The position numbers were made by a program, and so were the translations under genes. DNA of 64,000 nt from Escherichia phage vB_EcoM_G2540-3. Positions within the stretch are counted from its first letter, which is position 1, and every line of letters starts with the position of its first letter. The stretch lies in the sequence record MK327944.1. One strand, 5' to 3'. Below, piece by piece: positions 30,197-42,100 of this stretch. The notes beneath the pieces are model-generated. The model searched no databases, was not told the DNA's origin, and was given only the letters and a program-made list of their open reading frames with translations.

Positions 30197-30657
30197 AGAG
30201 AGTCTCTTAATAGGTTTAACACATCAATAAATTCAGCTTCGGTTAGTATTGTATCATCTTTTGTTAGACCACTAGCCATGCTGTGCTTCAAAACTTTTCC
30301 TTTCGAGGCTAGTAATGCATCACGAAAGCCCTTGTTTTGAATCGCTGCTTCAAAATATGCATTTGTGTATAATTCTTTCCACGCCGGGGAGTATCTTGAA
30401 AACGGAACTCCGAGCCAGAAGAGGGTCCCACGGTCCTGAGCTCTTGCATAAGACCTTCCAGCTTGCTGTGCGGCAAGCCCGGATAACCCAAATATACGAC
30501 GTTGTTGTTCAACATTTTTCACCTTACACCCTTGGAGGAATCCTTCGAGACCTCCAAATTGAATACCATCCATGACGAAAGGCCATTGGGCGAAATTACT
30601 TAATGCACATGATGGCCACCTAAAATTGCTTCTAATCTCTAACTCAGACATTTTCAA
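30193..30657 (-). CDS. NADAR (YbiA-like) domain protein (30.3-like)
   Basis: 154 aa; LSNFAQWPFVMDGIQFGGLEGFLQGCK parallels the YbiA/NADAR core SNFA.WP..vDG...E..fQ..K. Confidence 0.65.
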   Translation of the reverse strand: MKMSELEIRSNFRWPSCALSNFAQWPFVMDGIQFGGLEGFLQGCKVKNVEQQRRIFGLSGLAAQQAGRSYARAQDRGTLFWLGVPFSRYSPAWKELYTNAYFEAAIQNKGFRDALLASKGKVLKHSMASGLTKDDTILTEAEFIDVLNLLRDSL

Positions 30658-30850
30658 TGCTTATAATTTCAACATCAGCCCAATGACCATAGCAAGGAAG
30701 ACGAAATTCAACTGGCCAGTTAGGGTCCTTTTCTAATATAATAGACTCAACTCGTGGTTCTTCACGTTCATCAGTATATGGATTTTTATCTGTTACTTTA
30801 TATGTGACCTTAATGTACTGAATTCCAAAAATCTTATTAATTATATTCAT
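30644..30850 (-). CDS. hypothetical protein
   Basis: 68-aa ORF in overlapping early array. Confidence 0.45.
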   Translation of the reverse strand: MNIINKIFGIQYIKVTYKVTDKNPYTDEREEPRVESIILEKDPNWPVEFRLPCYGHWADVEIISIENV

Positions 30851-31044
30851 ACTAATTCCTTTAATCCGTAGATAGGAGATAATTCATCACCCATACGAAG
30901 GTCTTCATTTCCATCTACCCAGGAAACAATATAAGCCTCTTTTATTTGAATACCACTCCATTTAAATGGAGGTAGAACCTTAGAAATTAATCCAGGTATA
31001 CCAACTCCCTTTAATTCAACAGTTTGACCTAAAAAGAATTTCAT
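30847..31044 (-). CDS. hypothetical protein
   Basis: 65-aa ORF in overlapping early array. Confidence 0.45.
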   Translation of the reverse strand: MKFFLGQTVELKGVGIPGLISKVLPPFKWSGIQIKEAYIVSWVDGNEDLRMGDELSPIYGLKELV

Positions 31045-31331
31045 TAGAACCTCATCTGAAAACCGTGCGATTTAACATTACCGCCGCCAATATCAGAAAT
31101 GTTAATTTCACGCGCAATTGAAGGGTCAATGTCAATTTCGCGATTGAGTTTAGTGATAGCTAAAGTATCACGCCCATTTACAGTACGGAACTCTAGAGGA
31201 CAAACCACATTAACGTAGTTTTTAATCGATTCACTGGTAGGTTGCAAATGAGCAGGAAGGTCTTTAGGCGCCTTAGAAAAAACCACTTCACAGAAGTTTT
31301 TACGAGTATCAAAATAAGTAGTCATAAACAT
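31044..31331 (-). CDS. hypothetical protein
   Basis: 95-aa ORF; ATGA-type overlap with downstream gene. Confidence 0.5.
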   Translation of the reverse strand: MFMTTYFDTRKNFCEVVFSKAPKDLPAHLQPTSESIKNYVNVVCPLEFRTVNGRDTLAITKLNREIDIDPSIAREINISDIGGGNVKSHGFQMRF

Positions 31332-31372
31332 AGTATTTTCCTCAGCAAGGGGCCGAAGCCCCTCATTTTATT

Positions 31373-31750
31373 TTAAATATCAAATTCGTTAAGAACTACA
31401 TCAAAGATTGCTTCAAGATGCTCAGGTTTAGCTCTATTACTCAGAATATGACGAATCCAAGTTTTAACCAGAAGCTTGCGATTAACGCCATTCCAGCAAG
31501 GATGAGTCCCTAAATCGCGTTGACGAAAATCATCATCCAAAGCAATTTTGAAGTTGGAACCTTCCATTGTGATTGAAACCGTGATGCCATTTTCAAATCG
31601 CATATAAACGTAGTTAGGAGTCATATACTGTTCAATTTCGCATACTGATCCATTTTGATGTTTCCAAAGGCAGATAGTATCAATAGAACCTGCAATACCA
31701 TTAGAAACATATTTACGTTCAAAGTTGATGTAGTTCATTTTATTCTCCAA
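31373..31750 (-). CDS. hypothetical protein
   Basis: 125-aa ORF followed by GGGGCUUCGGCCCC hairpin at 31349-31362. Confidence 0.5.
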   Translation of the reverse strand: MENKMNYINFERKYVSNGIAGSIDTICLWKHQNGSVCEIEQYMTPNYVYMRFENGITVSITMEGSNFKIALDDDFRQRDLGTHPCWNGVNRKLLVKTWIRHILSNRAKPEHLEAIFDVVLNEFDI

Positions 31751-31805
31751 GATGTTTAATTGCGGTACAGGTATATAATATCATATCCTGTACCAAAGTA
31801 AACAA

Positions 31806-32138
31806 TTATTTTACTACTTTCCAATGCTGCATGTCAAGTTTACCAACTTTTTTCATCTTCTCAATTAAGCGTTCGGCACGTTGGCGAGCTGTAACATAAT
31901 ACCATTCACCTAATTCATTTTGTTCAATTTTTCCAACGATTACTGTATTCAATTCATAAATCCAACCAGTAAAGAAATTATGAACTTGAATTGTAAAGGT
32001 GAAATCTGTTCCCATACCTTCTGTTGTTTCTACTTCAATAATATCACCTTCAACTGCCATTAAAAACCACATAGTTTCATCATATTTACCATTGAAGCAT
32101 TTAGTTTTAACCGCAGCGTTCAGATTAATCGTTTTCAT
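31806..32138 (-). CDS. hypothetical protein
   Basis: 110-aa ORF. Confidence 0.5.
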   Translation of the reverse strand: MKTINLNAAVKTKCFNGKYDETMWFLMAVEGDIIEVETTEGMGTDFTFTIQVHNFFTGWIYELNTVIVGKIEQNELGEWYYVTARQRAERLIEKMKKVGKLDMQHWKVVK

Positions 32139-32248
32139 TTTATTCTCCTTTGTTTGTGTAAGATAATACTATCACAAAGGAACCATACTGTAAACAACTT
32201 TGTGCAATCTTTGGAAAATAAAAAAGGACTCCCGAAGGAGTCCTTAAC

Positions 32249-32425
32249 TTATGCTTTCTGCTTACCAAAACGAGAAGCATCATCTCGAAGAACCGCACGT
32301 GCTCGGCGCATGATCTTCTCAACAGTTTGATTGATACGAGAGTTCGACCCACGCTTGTAACCAGCGCGTTTAGAATCACCAACTTTCTTTTCAACTGCTT
32401 TCTTTGCTTTAGCTTGTTTTGCCAT
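32249..32425 (-). CDS. small basic Lys/Arg-rich protein
   Basis: 58 aa from ATG 32425 (MAKQAKAKKAVEKK...); terminator hairpin 32226-32243 downstream. Confidence 0.5.
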   Translation of the reverse strand: MAKQAKAKKAVEKKVGDSKRAGYKRGSNSRINQTVEKIMRRARAVLRDDASRFGKQKA

Positions 32426-32670
32426 TATAAATTCTCTTTTAAATGAAAATGCAGGACTTATTGGCATTGCCTGCGCAAGCCCTCAAGGGGAACATAGGTT
32501 TTTGGATATTTAACGACCAGGATAACCATAAACCCGTCATCATTCACATTCAAGAGGTACACCATAAAACTGCCGGGGTCTTAAAACTATAATGATTCGC
32601 AAATCATTAATCAGACAGTTCGATGGCTCCTCGATTTTAGCTCACACTAAGGCAGTGACTCTCCAATAAA

Positions 32671-32919
32671 TTACTTCAGTGTTACCACAAAGTGACGAAC
32701 TGCTTTTCGTGCAGCAGAAGCCAAAGGCTTAGCATATTTAAGTTCATCTTTTTCCTGAAGCTCAGCAGCTAATGCAGTTTGAGCAGGATTTAGATGTTTG
32801 AAATAACGCAGGATTTCAAGAGCTTCGGCTTCAACATCAATAGATGCGCCATAGTTTTCGTGACCATTATTCCATGCGTTTCGTTGCAGTTCAAGAGCGT
32901 GTTGTAATTGTTTAATCAT
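32671..32919 (-). CDS. rIII: RIII lysis inhibition accessory protein
   Basis: 82 aa; MIKQLQHALELQRNAWNNGHENYGASIDVEAEALEILRYF... Confidence 0.9.
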   Translation of the reverse strand: MIKQLQHALELQRNAWNNGHENYGASIDVEAEALEILRYFKHLNPAQTALAAELQEKDELKYAKPLASAARKAVRHFVVTLK

Positions 32920-33066
32920 TTAAAAATTCTCGTTAGAGATTAAAACTCGGTAGTCACGTTCTTCTGAATTTCATCTTCTTTCGACAGATCTCTCAGTTGT
33001 AGACTACCACGTAGAATTGTTCGGTTAACTTATTATTCCGACACCCAATTCATATTATTATTTATA

Positions 33067-33402
33067 TCACTTATAAAGACATGGAATAGCTTTATAGTGG
33101 CAAGTGACGAATTTTTGTTTAATTTCTTTTGGCTGCTTAAGACCCAGAGCTACAAAAGGATGCGGAACGTTTCGAATTTGACCAACTGGAAGAGAAGTCA
33201 AATCACCAACTTCACAAAAACCTTCAGGAACATCATGACCGACAGAGTGAATTACACACAGTTCAGGAACTTCACCTTGAACACGTTTACCGATAATAAG
33301 TCCTGATTCTGTAACTTCTTCATCACCGGCTTGTGCAGGTTCAGAAACTAAAATAACATATTCACCTACAGCACGAATTGGTAGCTGTTGTACTTCAGAC
33401 AT
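33067..33402 (-). CDS. 31: gp31 co-chaperonin (GroES-like, capsid folding)
   Basis: 111 aa; [40 protein letters not shown]... Confidence 0.95.
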   Translation of the reverse strand: MSEVQQLPIRAVGEYVILVSEPAQAGDEEVTESGLIIGKRVQGEVPELCVIHSVGHDVPEGFCEVGDLTSLPVGQIRNVPHPFVALGLKQPKEIKQKFVTCHYKAIPCLYK

Positions 33403-33458
33403 CGTTTTTCCTTTTTGTTAACAGATGAATTAATAATAACAAATAATTCTTAAAGCAT

Positions 33459-33767
33459 TTATTTACCAATAAATTGAAGCAAATGCTCAACTTTCATACC
33501 ATTAACGGAAATCAATTTGTCAATAGAAAAACCTCGCCATGCACCAAGCTCAACATCAAATACTGGAATCATGTCAGTAGATTCTTTCCGAGTAGATTCA
33601 GTCAATTTGCCAGTTTGCATGGTTGGCATAAAGTCTGCATCACGAGTACCTTTCATAGTACGAATAGTACCGTCAGACTTTTCAAAAACTACGTTTGAAA
33701 TACCCATGGACAATTTAGTTTTTAAAATTTCGCGAATTGCTACTTTCTGCTCAGTTGTCAGTTTCAT
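33459..33767 (-). CDS. hypothetical protein (31.1-like)
   Basis: 102-aa ORF. Confidence 0.55.
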   Translation of the reverse strand: MKLTTEQKVAIREILKTKLSMGISNVVFEKSDGTIRTMKGTRDADFMPTMQTGKLTESTRKESTDMIPVFDVELGAWRGFSIDKLISVNGMKVEHLLQFIGK

Positions 33768-34004
33768 TTATTTACCTATCACAGTTTTAATATGAGTTGT
33801 TCCACGTTCTTTAAGGGTGGAAAGTAATTTTTGGCATTTTTCTAAATCAGATTTCCAACTATATGGTCTATCAATACTAGTCCAATCAGTTTTATAATAC
33901 TGTTTCCATTTAGAGAAAAAATATTTCTTATACTCTACAGCAAATGAGATGTTCTCATTAGAATAAGAACTAATTGCTGTGAGCTTTACCAAACGAAATT
34001 TCAT
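33768..34004 (-). CDS. hypothetical protein (31.2-like)
   Basis: 78-aa ORF. Confidence 0.5.
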   Translation of the reverse strand: MKFRLVKLTAISSYSNENISFAVEYKKYFFSKWKQYYKTDWTSIDRPYSWKSDLEKCQKLLSTLKERGTTHIKTVIGK

Positions 34005-34585
34005 TATTCACCACAGAATTCGTTGATATTTTCCCAGTTTAACTTATTCAAGTTTTTCTTAGGAACATTAAACACTTCAATACCTGCATTTCGCAGAATA
34101 TCATCCCAACCAGGTTTATTTTTATCGTATGTTTCACAATAAACCAGCTTTTTAATTCCAGATTGAGCTATTGCTTTTGCACAATCTGGGCAAGGAGAAA
34201 GTGTTACATACATAGTAGCACCTTCAATAGAAGAACCATTTCGTGCAGCAAACAAAATTGCATTTAGTTCAGCATGAATTTCATTTTTAGATGACCATTC
34301 CGAGTGAGCACTACGATGTTCTTTCGCCAAGACAAAACGATCAGTTGAACCAAATGATACGCATTCAGGCTTATGGCCTTGAATGATAGTATGTTTAGGC
34401 TTATTCAACAACCATCCTTGCTCAGCAGCATAATCACAACAGTTCACACCTCCTGCGGGTGAACCATTATACCCAGTAGAAATAATACGTCCATTCTTTT
34501 CAATTACTGCTCCTACCTTCCAGGAGCAACATTTTGATTCCTGCGATACTAAATATGCAATTTGAAGTACTGTACTCGCTTTCAT
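34004..34585 (-). CDS. cd: dCMP deaminase
   Basis: 193 aa; zinc-binding HAELNAI ... PCPDCAK cytidine/deoxycytidylate deaminase motifs. Confidence 0.95.
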   Translation of the reverse strand: MKASTVLQIAYLVSQESKCCSWKVGAVIEKNGRIISTGYNGSPAGGVNCCDYAAEQGWLLNKPKHTIIQGHKPECVSFGSTDRFVLAKEHRSAHSEWSSKNEIHAELNAILFAARNGSSIEGATMYVTLSPCPDCAKAIAQSGIKKLVYCETYDKNKPGWDDILRNAGIEVFNVPKKNLNKLNWENINEFCGE

Positions 34586-34920
34586 TTCATAATCACCAGA
34601 TAAGCAGATTTAGTAGTTTCAACACGATAAATTTCGTGACGAAGTTTAGTTATACTTTTAATAACAGAACTAATTATATTCTGCCCATCTTTAAAGCGGT
34701 TTTTCTTATCAATAAAAACTGCGCCAGTCATCTTTTTGTGAAGCTCAACTGGATACTTCGTCACAATAATAGCATCATACACAGAAGGATGAATACTATT
34801 CACCAGAGTATCATTCATTAAAGTTATTCTAATGAACTTTGCTGTTTCAGAGTCAAGCGCTCTATGATCACCAGTATCATTTTCAAGACAATTATCAATT
34901 ATATCAGTTAAATTCATCAT
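34582..34920 (-). CDS. hypothetical protein (cd.1-like)
   Basis: 112-aa ORF; ATGA overlap with cd. Confidence 0.55.
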   Translation of the reverse strand: MMNLTDIIDNCLENDTGDHRALDSETAKFIRITLMNDTLVNSIHPSVYDAIIVTKYPVELHKKMTGAVFIDKKNRFKDGQNIISSVIKSITKLRHEIYRVETTKSAYLVIMK

Positions 34921-35156
34921 AGTACGCCATACACCCTTTGTGCTTCAACTAATCCATCAAAATCCAATTTGAGATGTGTTATTTGATCACCATCACCTGG
35001 ATTCACAATTACTAATACTGAACGAGGAGTTTCGGTAATAACACGAACCGATGTTTCAGGAAATCGTTCAGAAACCTTATTTACTAATTCCTGTGCAAAT
35101 AGTTTAACTTTTTCTTGGAATTCTTTAACAGTAATTGGTTTTTCACTTAGCAGCAT
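34917..35156 (-). CDS. hypothetical protein (cd.2-like)
   Basis: 79-aa ORF. Confidence 0.5.
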   Translation of the reverse strand: MLLSEKPITVKEFQEKVKLFAQELVNKVSERFPETSVRVITETPRSVLVIVNPGDGDQITHLKLDFDGLVEAQRVYGVL

Positions 35157-35217
35157 TTTGTTTTCCTCATTTGTTTGGTAGAGCTATAATATCACAACTC
35201 TACCGTAAAGTAAACTA

Positions 35218-35493
35218 TTAAATCGCTTTGAATTCCGCAGTTTGAGATTCAAAGCGAATGTCGCCTTTGATAACTAACTCAGCATCAAGACCGAATACAA
35301 CAATGATATGCGCGGAACCTGGATACAGCGTAATGGCAACAGAATCCACCTGGTCTGGAAGCAAAGTGTTCAATACATGAGTCACTTGAGCGTGGATTCG
35401 AAGCTCAGCTGCATTATCAAGTTTTTCAAACATATTATTAGCTATAATTTGGCTAAACACTACTTCTACGATTTTAGAGTAAGTCGGAAACAT
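35218..35493 (-). CDS. hypothetical protein
   Basis: 91-aa ORF. Confidence 0.5.
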   Translation of the reverse strand: MFPTYSKIVEVVFSQIIANNMFEKLDNAAELRIHAQVTHVLNTLLPDQVDSVAITLYPGSAHIIVVFGLDAELVIKGDIRFESQTAEFKAI

Positions 35494-35557
35494 ATTTACC
35501 TCACATAATTTTCTTCAAGCCAATTAATAATATCCCAAGTTTCATGGTGCAAAGCCA

Positions 35558-36783
<1,226 letters not shown>

Positions 36784-36786
36784 TTA

Positions 36787-37017
36787 TTATTTCTCAACCA
36801 ATGATTGAATATAATCATGCAGGTCTTTAGATGCTTTACCCCACTTATTTTGGTATTCATTTTTAAGATTAGCCCGAGATTGAGCTAATAAAACATCATT
36901 AGTTGGAGGTAAAGATTCTAATCGCTGAATCTGGCGTCCATAAATCATTGCAGCCATCTCGGATTCATAAATCAATCCTTTGAGATGTTCAAATTGATGC
37001 CATGAAATCATTTGCAT
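36787..37017 (-). CDS. hypothetical protein
   Basis: 76-aa ORF. Confidence 0.45.
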   Translation of the reverse strand: MQMISWHQFEHLKGLIYESEMAAMIYGRQIQRLESLPPTNDVLLAQSRANLKNEYQNKWGKASKDLHDYIQSLVEK

Positions 37018-37307
37018 TTATCCTCTTTTAACTCTTGACGATAATAACATATCATAGTTTTCTGATCATGTACATATCGTTTTACATCATTAAGCCAAAT
37101 GCGAAATTCCTGGGAATCTTCAAATGGCATACCGACCCAAGCTTTACCATCAATAACTTTAACTTGCCAGGATAGTTTAGCTTCATCGTATGACTTTATT
37201 TGTACTGGCCAATTAGGATGAACTGTTTCTTTCTTTACTTCTAGAGGCTTTGTCGAACAACCAACTAGAAGACCAATAGATAATATTACTGCTGATAGTC
37301 TAATCAT
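37008..37307 (-). CDS. outer-membrane spanin lipoprotein (o-spanin, pseT.2-like)
   Basis: 99 aa; signal peptide with lipobox LLVGC (MIRLSAVILSIGLLVGCSTKP); adjacent to i-spanin. Confidence 0.7.
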   Translation of the reverse strand: MIRLSAVILSIGLLVGCSTKPLEVKKETVHPNWPVQIKSYDEAKLSWQVKVIDGKAWVGMPFEDSQEFRIWLNDVKRYVHDQKTMICYYRQELKEDKCK

Positions 37308-37657
37308 TTAGAAAGGTCCTGGATGTCTTCTGCGAACTTGTTGAAGGAGTTGTTGATTTGTTTTTCAACCAATCCTGGCTTATGAGCCACCACATCCGCC
37401 TTCTTTGCGTCTTTGCGCAGTTTTTCATTTTCACGCTCAATAGCAGCAATTGCCTCACGATTTTTATTATTCATCGCATCAATATAATTATACTGAATTC
37501 GCAAATTATTTAATGCTAAAGCGTTTTCATTGGCCGTTTTTGTAATTTCTACAACAGACGTTTCTAATCTTTCAATTTTATTTTTTAAAATTAAAGAAGT
37601 TCCGCCCAATGCAATTACAATTAATAACAAGCCTGCTGTCGTATTACTTAATTGCAT
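37304..37657 (-). CDS. inner-membrane spanin (i-spanin, pseT.3-like)
   Basis: 117 aa; N-terminal TMD LLLIVIALGGTSLIL then coiled-coil-like region; overlaps o-spanin start. Confidence 0.7.
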   Translation of the reverse strand: MQLSNTTAGLLLIVIALGGTSLILKNKIERLETSVVEITKTANENALALNNLRIQYNYIDAMNNKNREAIAAIERENEKLRKDAKKADVVAHKPGLVEKQINNSFNKFAEDIQDLSK

Positions 37658-38154
37658 AAAGTTTTAATAACCTCTATAATATCGTCTTGAGAAAGACCGT
37701 TAATTAAAATATGATGTTCAGCCGGAGATTTAGAAATTTTAAAGCATGCCTCAACATCTTCTGCCATATCCGATGCGCTACGATTTGGATTACTAATCCC
37801 AAGGCGGTGTTTTCCCGTCAAAGGATTAACGATGATATAGCATTTACAACTATTGATATGAACATTAGGCTGAGTCTGATTAATGAACACTTCACAATCA
37901 TACTTAGCGAGTTGATTTTCTAAAAAGACTTTCATCTCTTCAACCGCATCAGGAAGCATATCACGGGCTTGCTCAAGACGACGATTTCGATATTCTTTAA
38001 TGGTCGTTTTCCGCTTGACTTGCTTAGCTAAATCTTTCTTAAGATCGGTGATATATCCAACTCGACGATTTCCTTTGAATACAGAAATCCCATCTGTAGT
38101 ATCACCGTATGCTTCAACGACCATTTCAGTAGTAATAAGTTGTAAATCCATCAT
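37648..38154 (-). CDS. alc: Alc, inhibitor of host transcription on C-containing DNA
   Basis: 167-168 aa (two adjacent ATG); MMDLQLITTEMVVEAYGD...; promoter cassette copy B directly upstream. Confidence 0.85.
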   Translation of the reverse strand: MMDLQLITTEMVVEAYGDTTDGISVFKGNRRVGYITDLKKDLAKQVKRKTTIKEYRNRRLEQARDMLPDAVEEMKVFLENQLAKYDCEVFINQTQPNVHINSCKCYIIVNPLTGKHRLGISNPNRSASDMAEDVEACFKISKSPAEHHILINGLSQDDIIEVIKTLCN

Positions 38155-38158
38155 AAAG

Positions 38159-38212
38159 TCCTCATGTTATGTCAGTAAGACTACTATAACACAACACGAG
38201 GGACTTGTAAAC
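38159..38212 (-). promoter_or_regulatory. early promoter and leader cassette, copy B (upstream of alc)
   Basis: 54 bp identical to 24870-24923; -35 TTTACA, 17-nt spacer, -10 TATAGT, GAGGA SD 4 nt before ATG. Confidence 0.55.
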
Positions 38213-38215
38213 AGC

Positions 38216-39803
<1,588 letters not shown>

Positions 39804-39830
39804 AATAAAATGGGCCTTGCGGCCCACTCC

Positions 39831-40333
39831 TTAAAAGTATTTTTTAAAACTCATCATAACTTTATCATCAACATCATTATCAATCTGTGCAACAAGGTAA
39901 GATGACAGTTCTACTTCTTGTGGCGCGGATTGAACATTATCAGAATTAAGATATTCACGAATCCAAGGATATGGATGTTTAACCGGAGCATCGGTAATTG
40001 GGCATGGAAGACCGCACTGTTTCATACGAGATACAGTTAAGTAATCAATAAAGCTCCACATGCTATTTGTATTTAATCCAGGAACATCACCATCTTTAAA
40101 TAAATGAACTGCCCAATCTTTTTCTTGGCGGTTAACTTCCATGAAAATATCAACTGCTTCTTGTTCACACTCTTGAGCAATTTTAACCCATTCATCGCCA
40201 TCAGTGCCAAGTTGAAGTTGACGAATAATATATTGAGTGCCTTTAAGGTGAAGCTGCTCATCACGTGCAATGAACTTCATAATCTTGGCATTACCTTCCA
40301 TGATTTCCATATTCTTGTGGAAGTTAAAGGTAC
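39831..40333 (-). CDS. nrdB: ribonucleotide reductase small subunit NrdB, exon 2
   Basis: MEGNAKIMKFIARDEQLHLKGTQ... continues the exon 1 product; 3' splice site inferred after ...GAACAUAACG. Confidence 0.7.
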
Positions 40334-41424
40334 CGTTATGTTCGATTGAGCTCGCTAATTCTCAACCCGTTCTCTTATGAACTGCTACATATTACTATGC
40401 AGACCAGACTATATCACAATCCCAGAGGGATTCTCCCCATTTCGAGTCGCTTGACCCTACGTCCGAAGACTAGTCGTTGAACCTTGCTTTGCAATTGTCG
40501 CCGTGCCATCGTTTATATGTTGATGGTGATAAATCTTTCTTATCACAATATGGACAATTCAATTGAATTCTATTTGGATTTAATTTACATCTGTCATTAT
40601 GTTTTAGATAAAATCCAGGACCTTTACCAATGTGACCGCAGAAATCACATGTGATTTCTTTTTGTGCAGGATGGGTCCCGTTCTTAACCATTTCTAATGT
40701 TTTTGCTGATGTTCTTTTCTTATGGTCTTCTGACAAGAAATGATGTGAACTGTCATTTACCCGTTTTGATTGAGTTTCTGACTGCATTTTACCACCGCAA
40801 AATACATGAGTACCTTCTTTTATAGCTGCAATATTGCGTTCTTTAACTTTTGCAATATGCTCAGCTTGTTGAAAATTATGTATACCTAATGCAACTCTAT
40901 TTAAATTAGATTTACGCTGTATTTCACCGTCTAAAAGATGAAATGTACCATTTTCTATCTTAGATTTAATAGAGGCAATATTTTTAGCTCGTACTTCAGG
41001 GATATTAAAAATCTGGATTTCTCTAGATTTTGCGGCTTTAGAAGCTAATTCAGAAATTTCTTCAGGAGAATATTTCATTCTAAGCTTTATAGCATGACAA
41101 GCCTGGTAATCTTTTTGAGCTAAATGTATATCATAATGTTCCTGTATAGAAAGGCACATCAAATTATCTAAATCATTATTTTCACGGTTACCGTCTTTAT
41201 GATGGATTTCGTATGTTCTTCCATCGGAATCTTTAGGTATAGGTCCGTTAGCATCTATCCAAATTTTTCTATAGTTCAATTGTGCATCCTCTTAAAAGTA
41301 TAATCATATTTATATTATACTAATTAAAGGTGCAAGCAAAACCTTGGCTGCTAGTTTTCCTATAAAGGACTTTCCAGCAATTAAAGGAGTTTTCGATAAA
41401 CGTTACCGTTTAAAGGCGCATTTT
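40334..41424 (-). mobile_element. group I intron in nrdB carrying I-TevIII (about 1091 nt)
   Basis: Exon 1 frame stops at TAA right after ...YVSFA; 3' region shares core elements with the td intron; boundaries inferred by joining to give ...YVSFAC/TFNFHKNMEIMEGNAKI. Confidence 0.65.
40470..41279 (-). CDS. I-TevIII: intron-encoded HNH homing endonuclease I-TevIII, full length
   Basis: 269 aa; YEIHHKDGNRENNDLDNLMCLSIQEHYDIH HNH motif plus C-terminal Cys zinc-finger region; apparent TTG start. Confidence 0.8.
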   Translation of the reverse strand: MNYRKIWIDANGPIPKDSDGRTYEIHHKDGNRENNDLDNLMCLSIQEHYDIHLAQKDYQACHAIKLRMKYSPEEISELASKAAKSREIQIFNIPEVRAKNIASIKSKIENGTFHLLDGEIQRKSNLNRVALGIHNFQQAEHIAKVKERNIAAIKEGTHVFCGGKMQSETQSKRVNDSSHHFLSEDHKKRTSAKTLEMVKNGTHPAQKEITCDFCGHIGKGPGFYLKHNDRCKLNPNRIQLNCPYCDKKDLSPSTYKRWHGDNCKARFND

Positions 41425-42100
41425 ACGCAAAAGATACATAAAAACGAATAGCTTCTAAGGCATTAATAACGTGTAAACAGAGGTAAAGAGACTTCATTAA
41501 AGCACGTTTAGCTTCGGCTTCTTGTTTAATAGCTCGGTTTAAACGAAAGTCGGCATCAGGAGATTCTTTAGCTAGTTCTACAAATTCTTTAGCATTTTCC
41601 CATTCACGGGTTTTAACCAAGACATCATCATAATAACGTCCAATGGACTCAGCGCGTTTCATAATATCTTCATCTAATACAATCTCATCAAATACCTTTG
41701 ATGGGTCAGTATAAAGATTTCGCATGATATGAGTATATGAACGGCTGTGAATAGTTTCACTAAAAGTCCATGTAGCAACCCATGTATCAAGACTTGGGTC
41801 TGAAATTAATGACATAAGTACTGCAGACGGTGCACGACCCTGAATGCTATCCAAAAGTGATTGATACTTCAGGTTATTAGTAAAAATATCTTGCTGATAC
41901 TGAGGAAGCTTGTTAAATTGTGCAGCATCCATCATTAAGTTTACTTCTTCAGGACGCCAGAAAAATGACAACTGCTTTTCGGTTAAATCTTCAAAAACTT
42001 TATGACGTTGAATATCATAACGCGCAATACCAAGACCTGAACCAAAAAACATAGGTTCTTTTAAAACATCAACTGGATTTGTATTAAAAACTGTGCTCAT
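41425..42100 (-). CDS. nrdB: ribonucleotide reductase small subunit NrdB, exon 1
   Basis: MSTVFNTNPVDVLKEPMFFGSGLGIARYD...RFYVSFA; ATG overlaps the mobE-like stop (ATGA). Confidence 0.8.

Noticed and set aside
27394-32470. The gene 30.x small-ORF array as a novel defence or anti-defence island
   Set aside because: Gene order and sizes match the conserved T-even early cluster downstream of ligase; only the NADAR-like member has an assignable domain, reported separately.
32468-32570. 33-codon ORF (MVYLLNVNDDGF...) on the - strand downstream of rIII
   Set aside because: No Shine-Dalgarno sequence and too short to support without conservation data; the region is kept as an unexplained gap instead.
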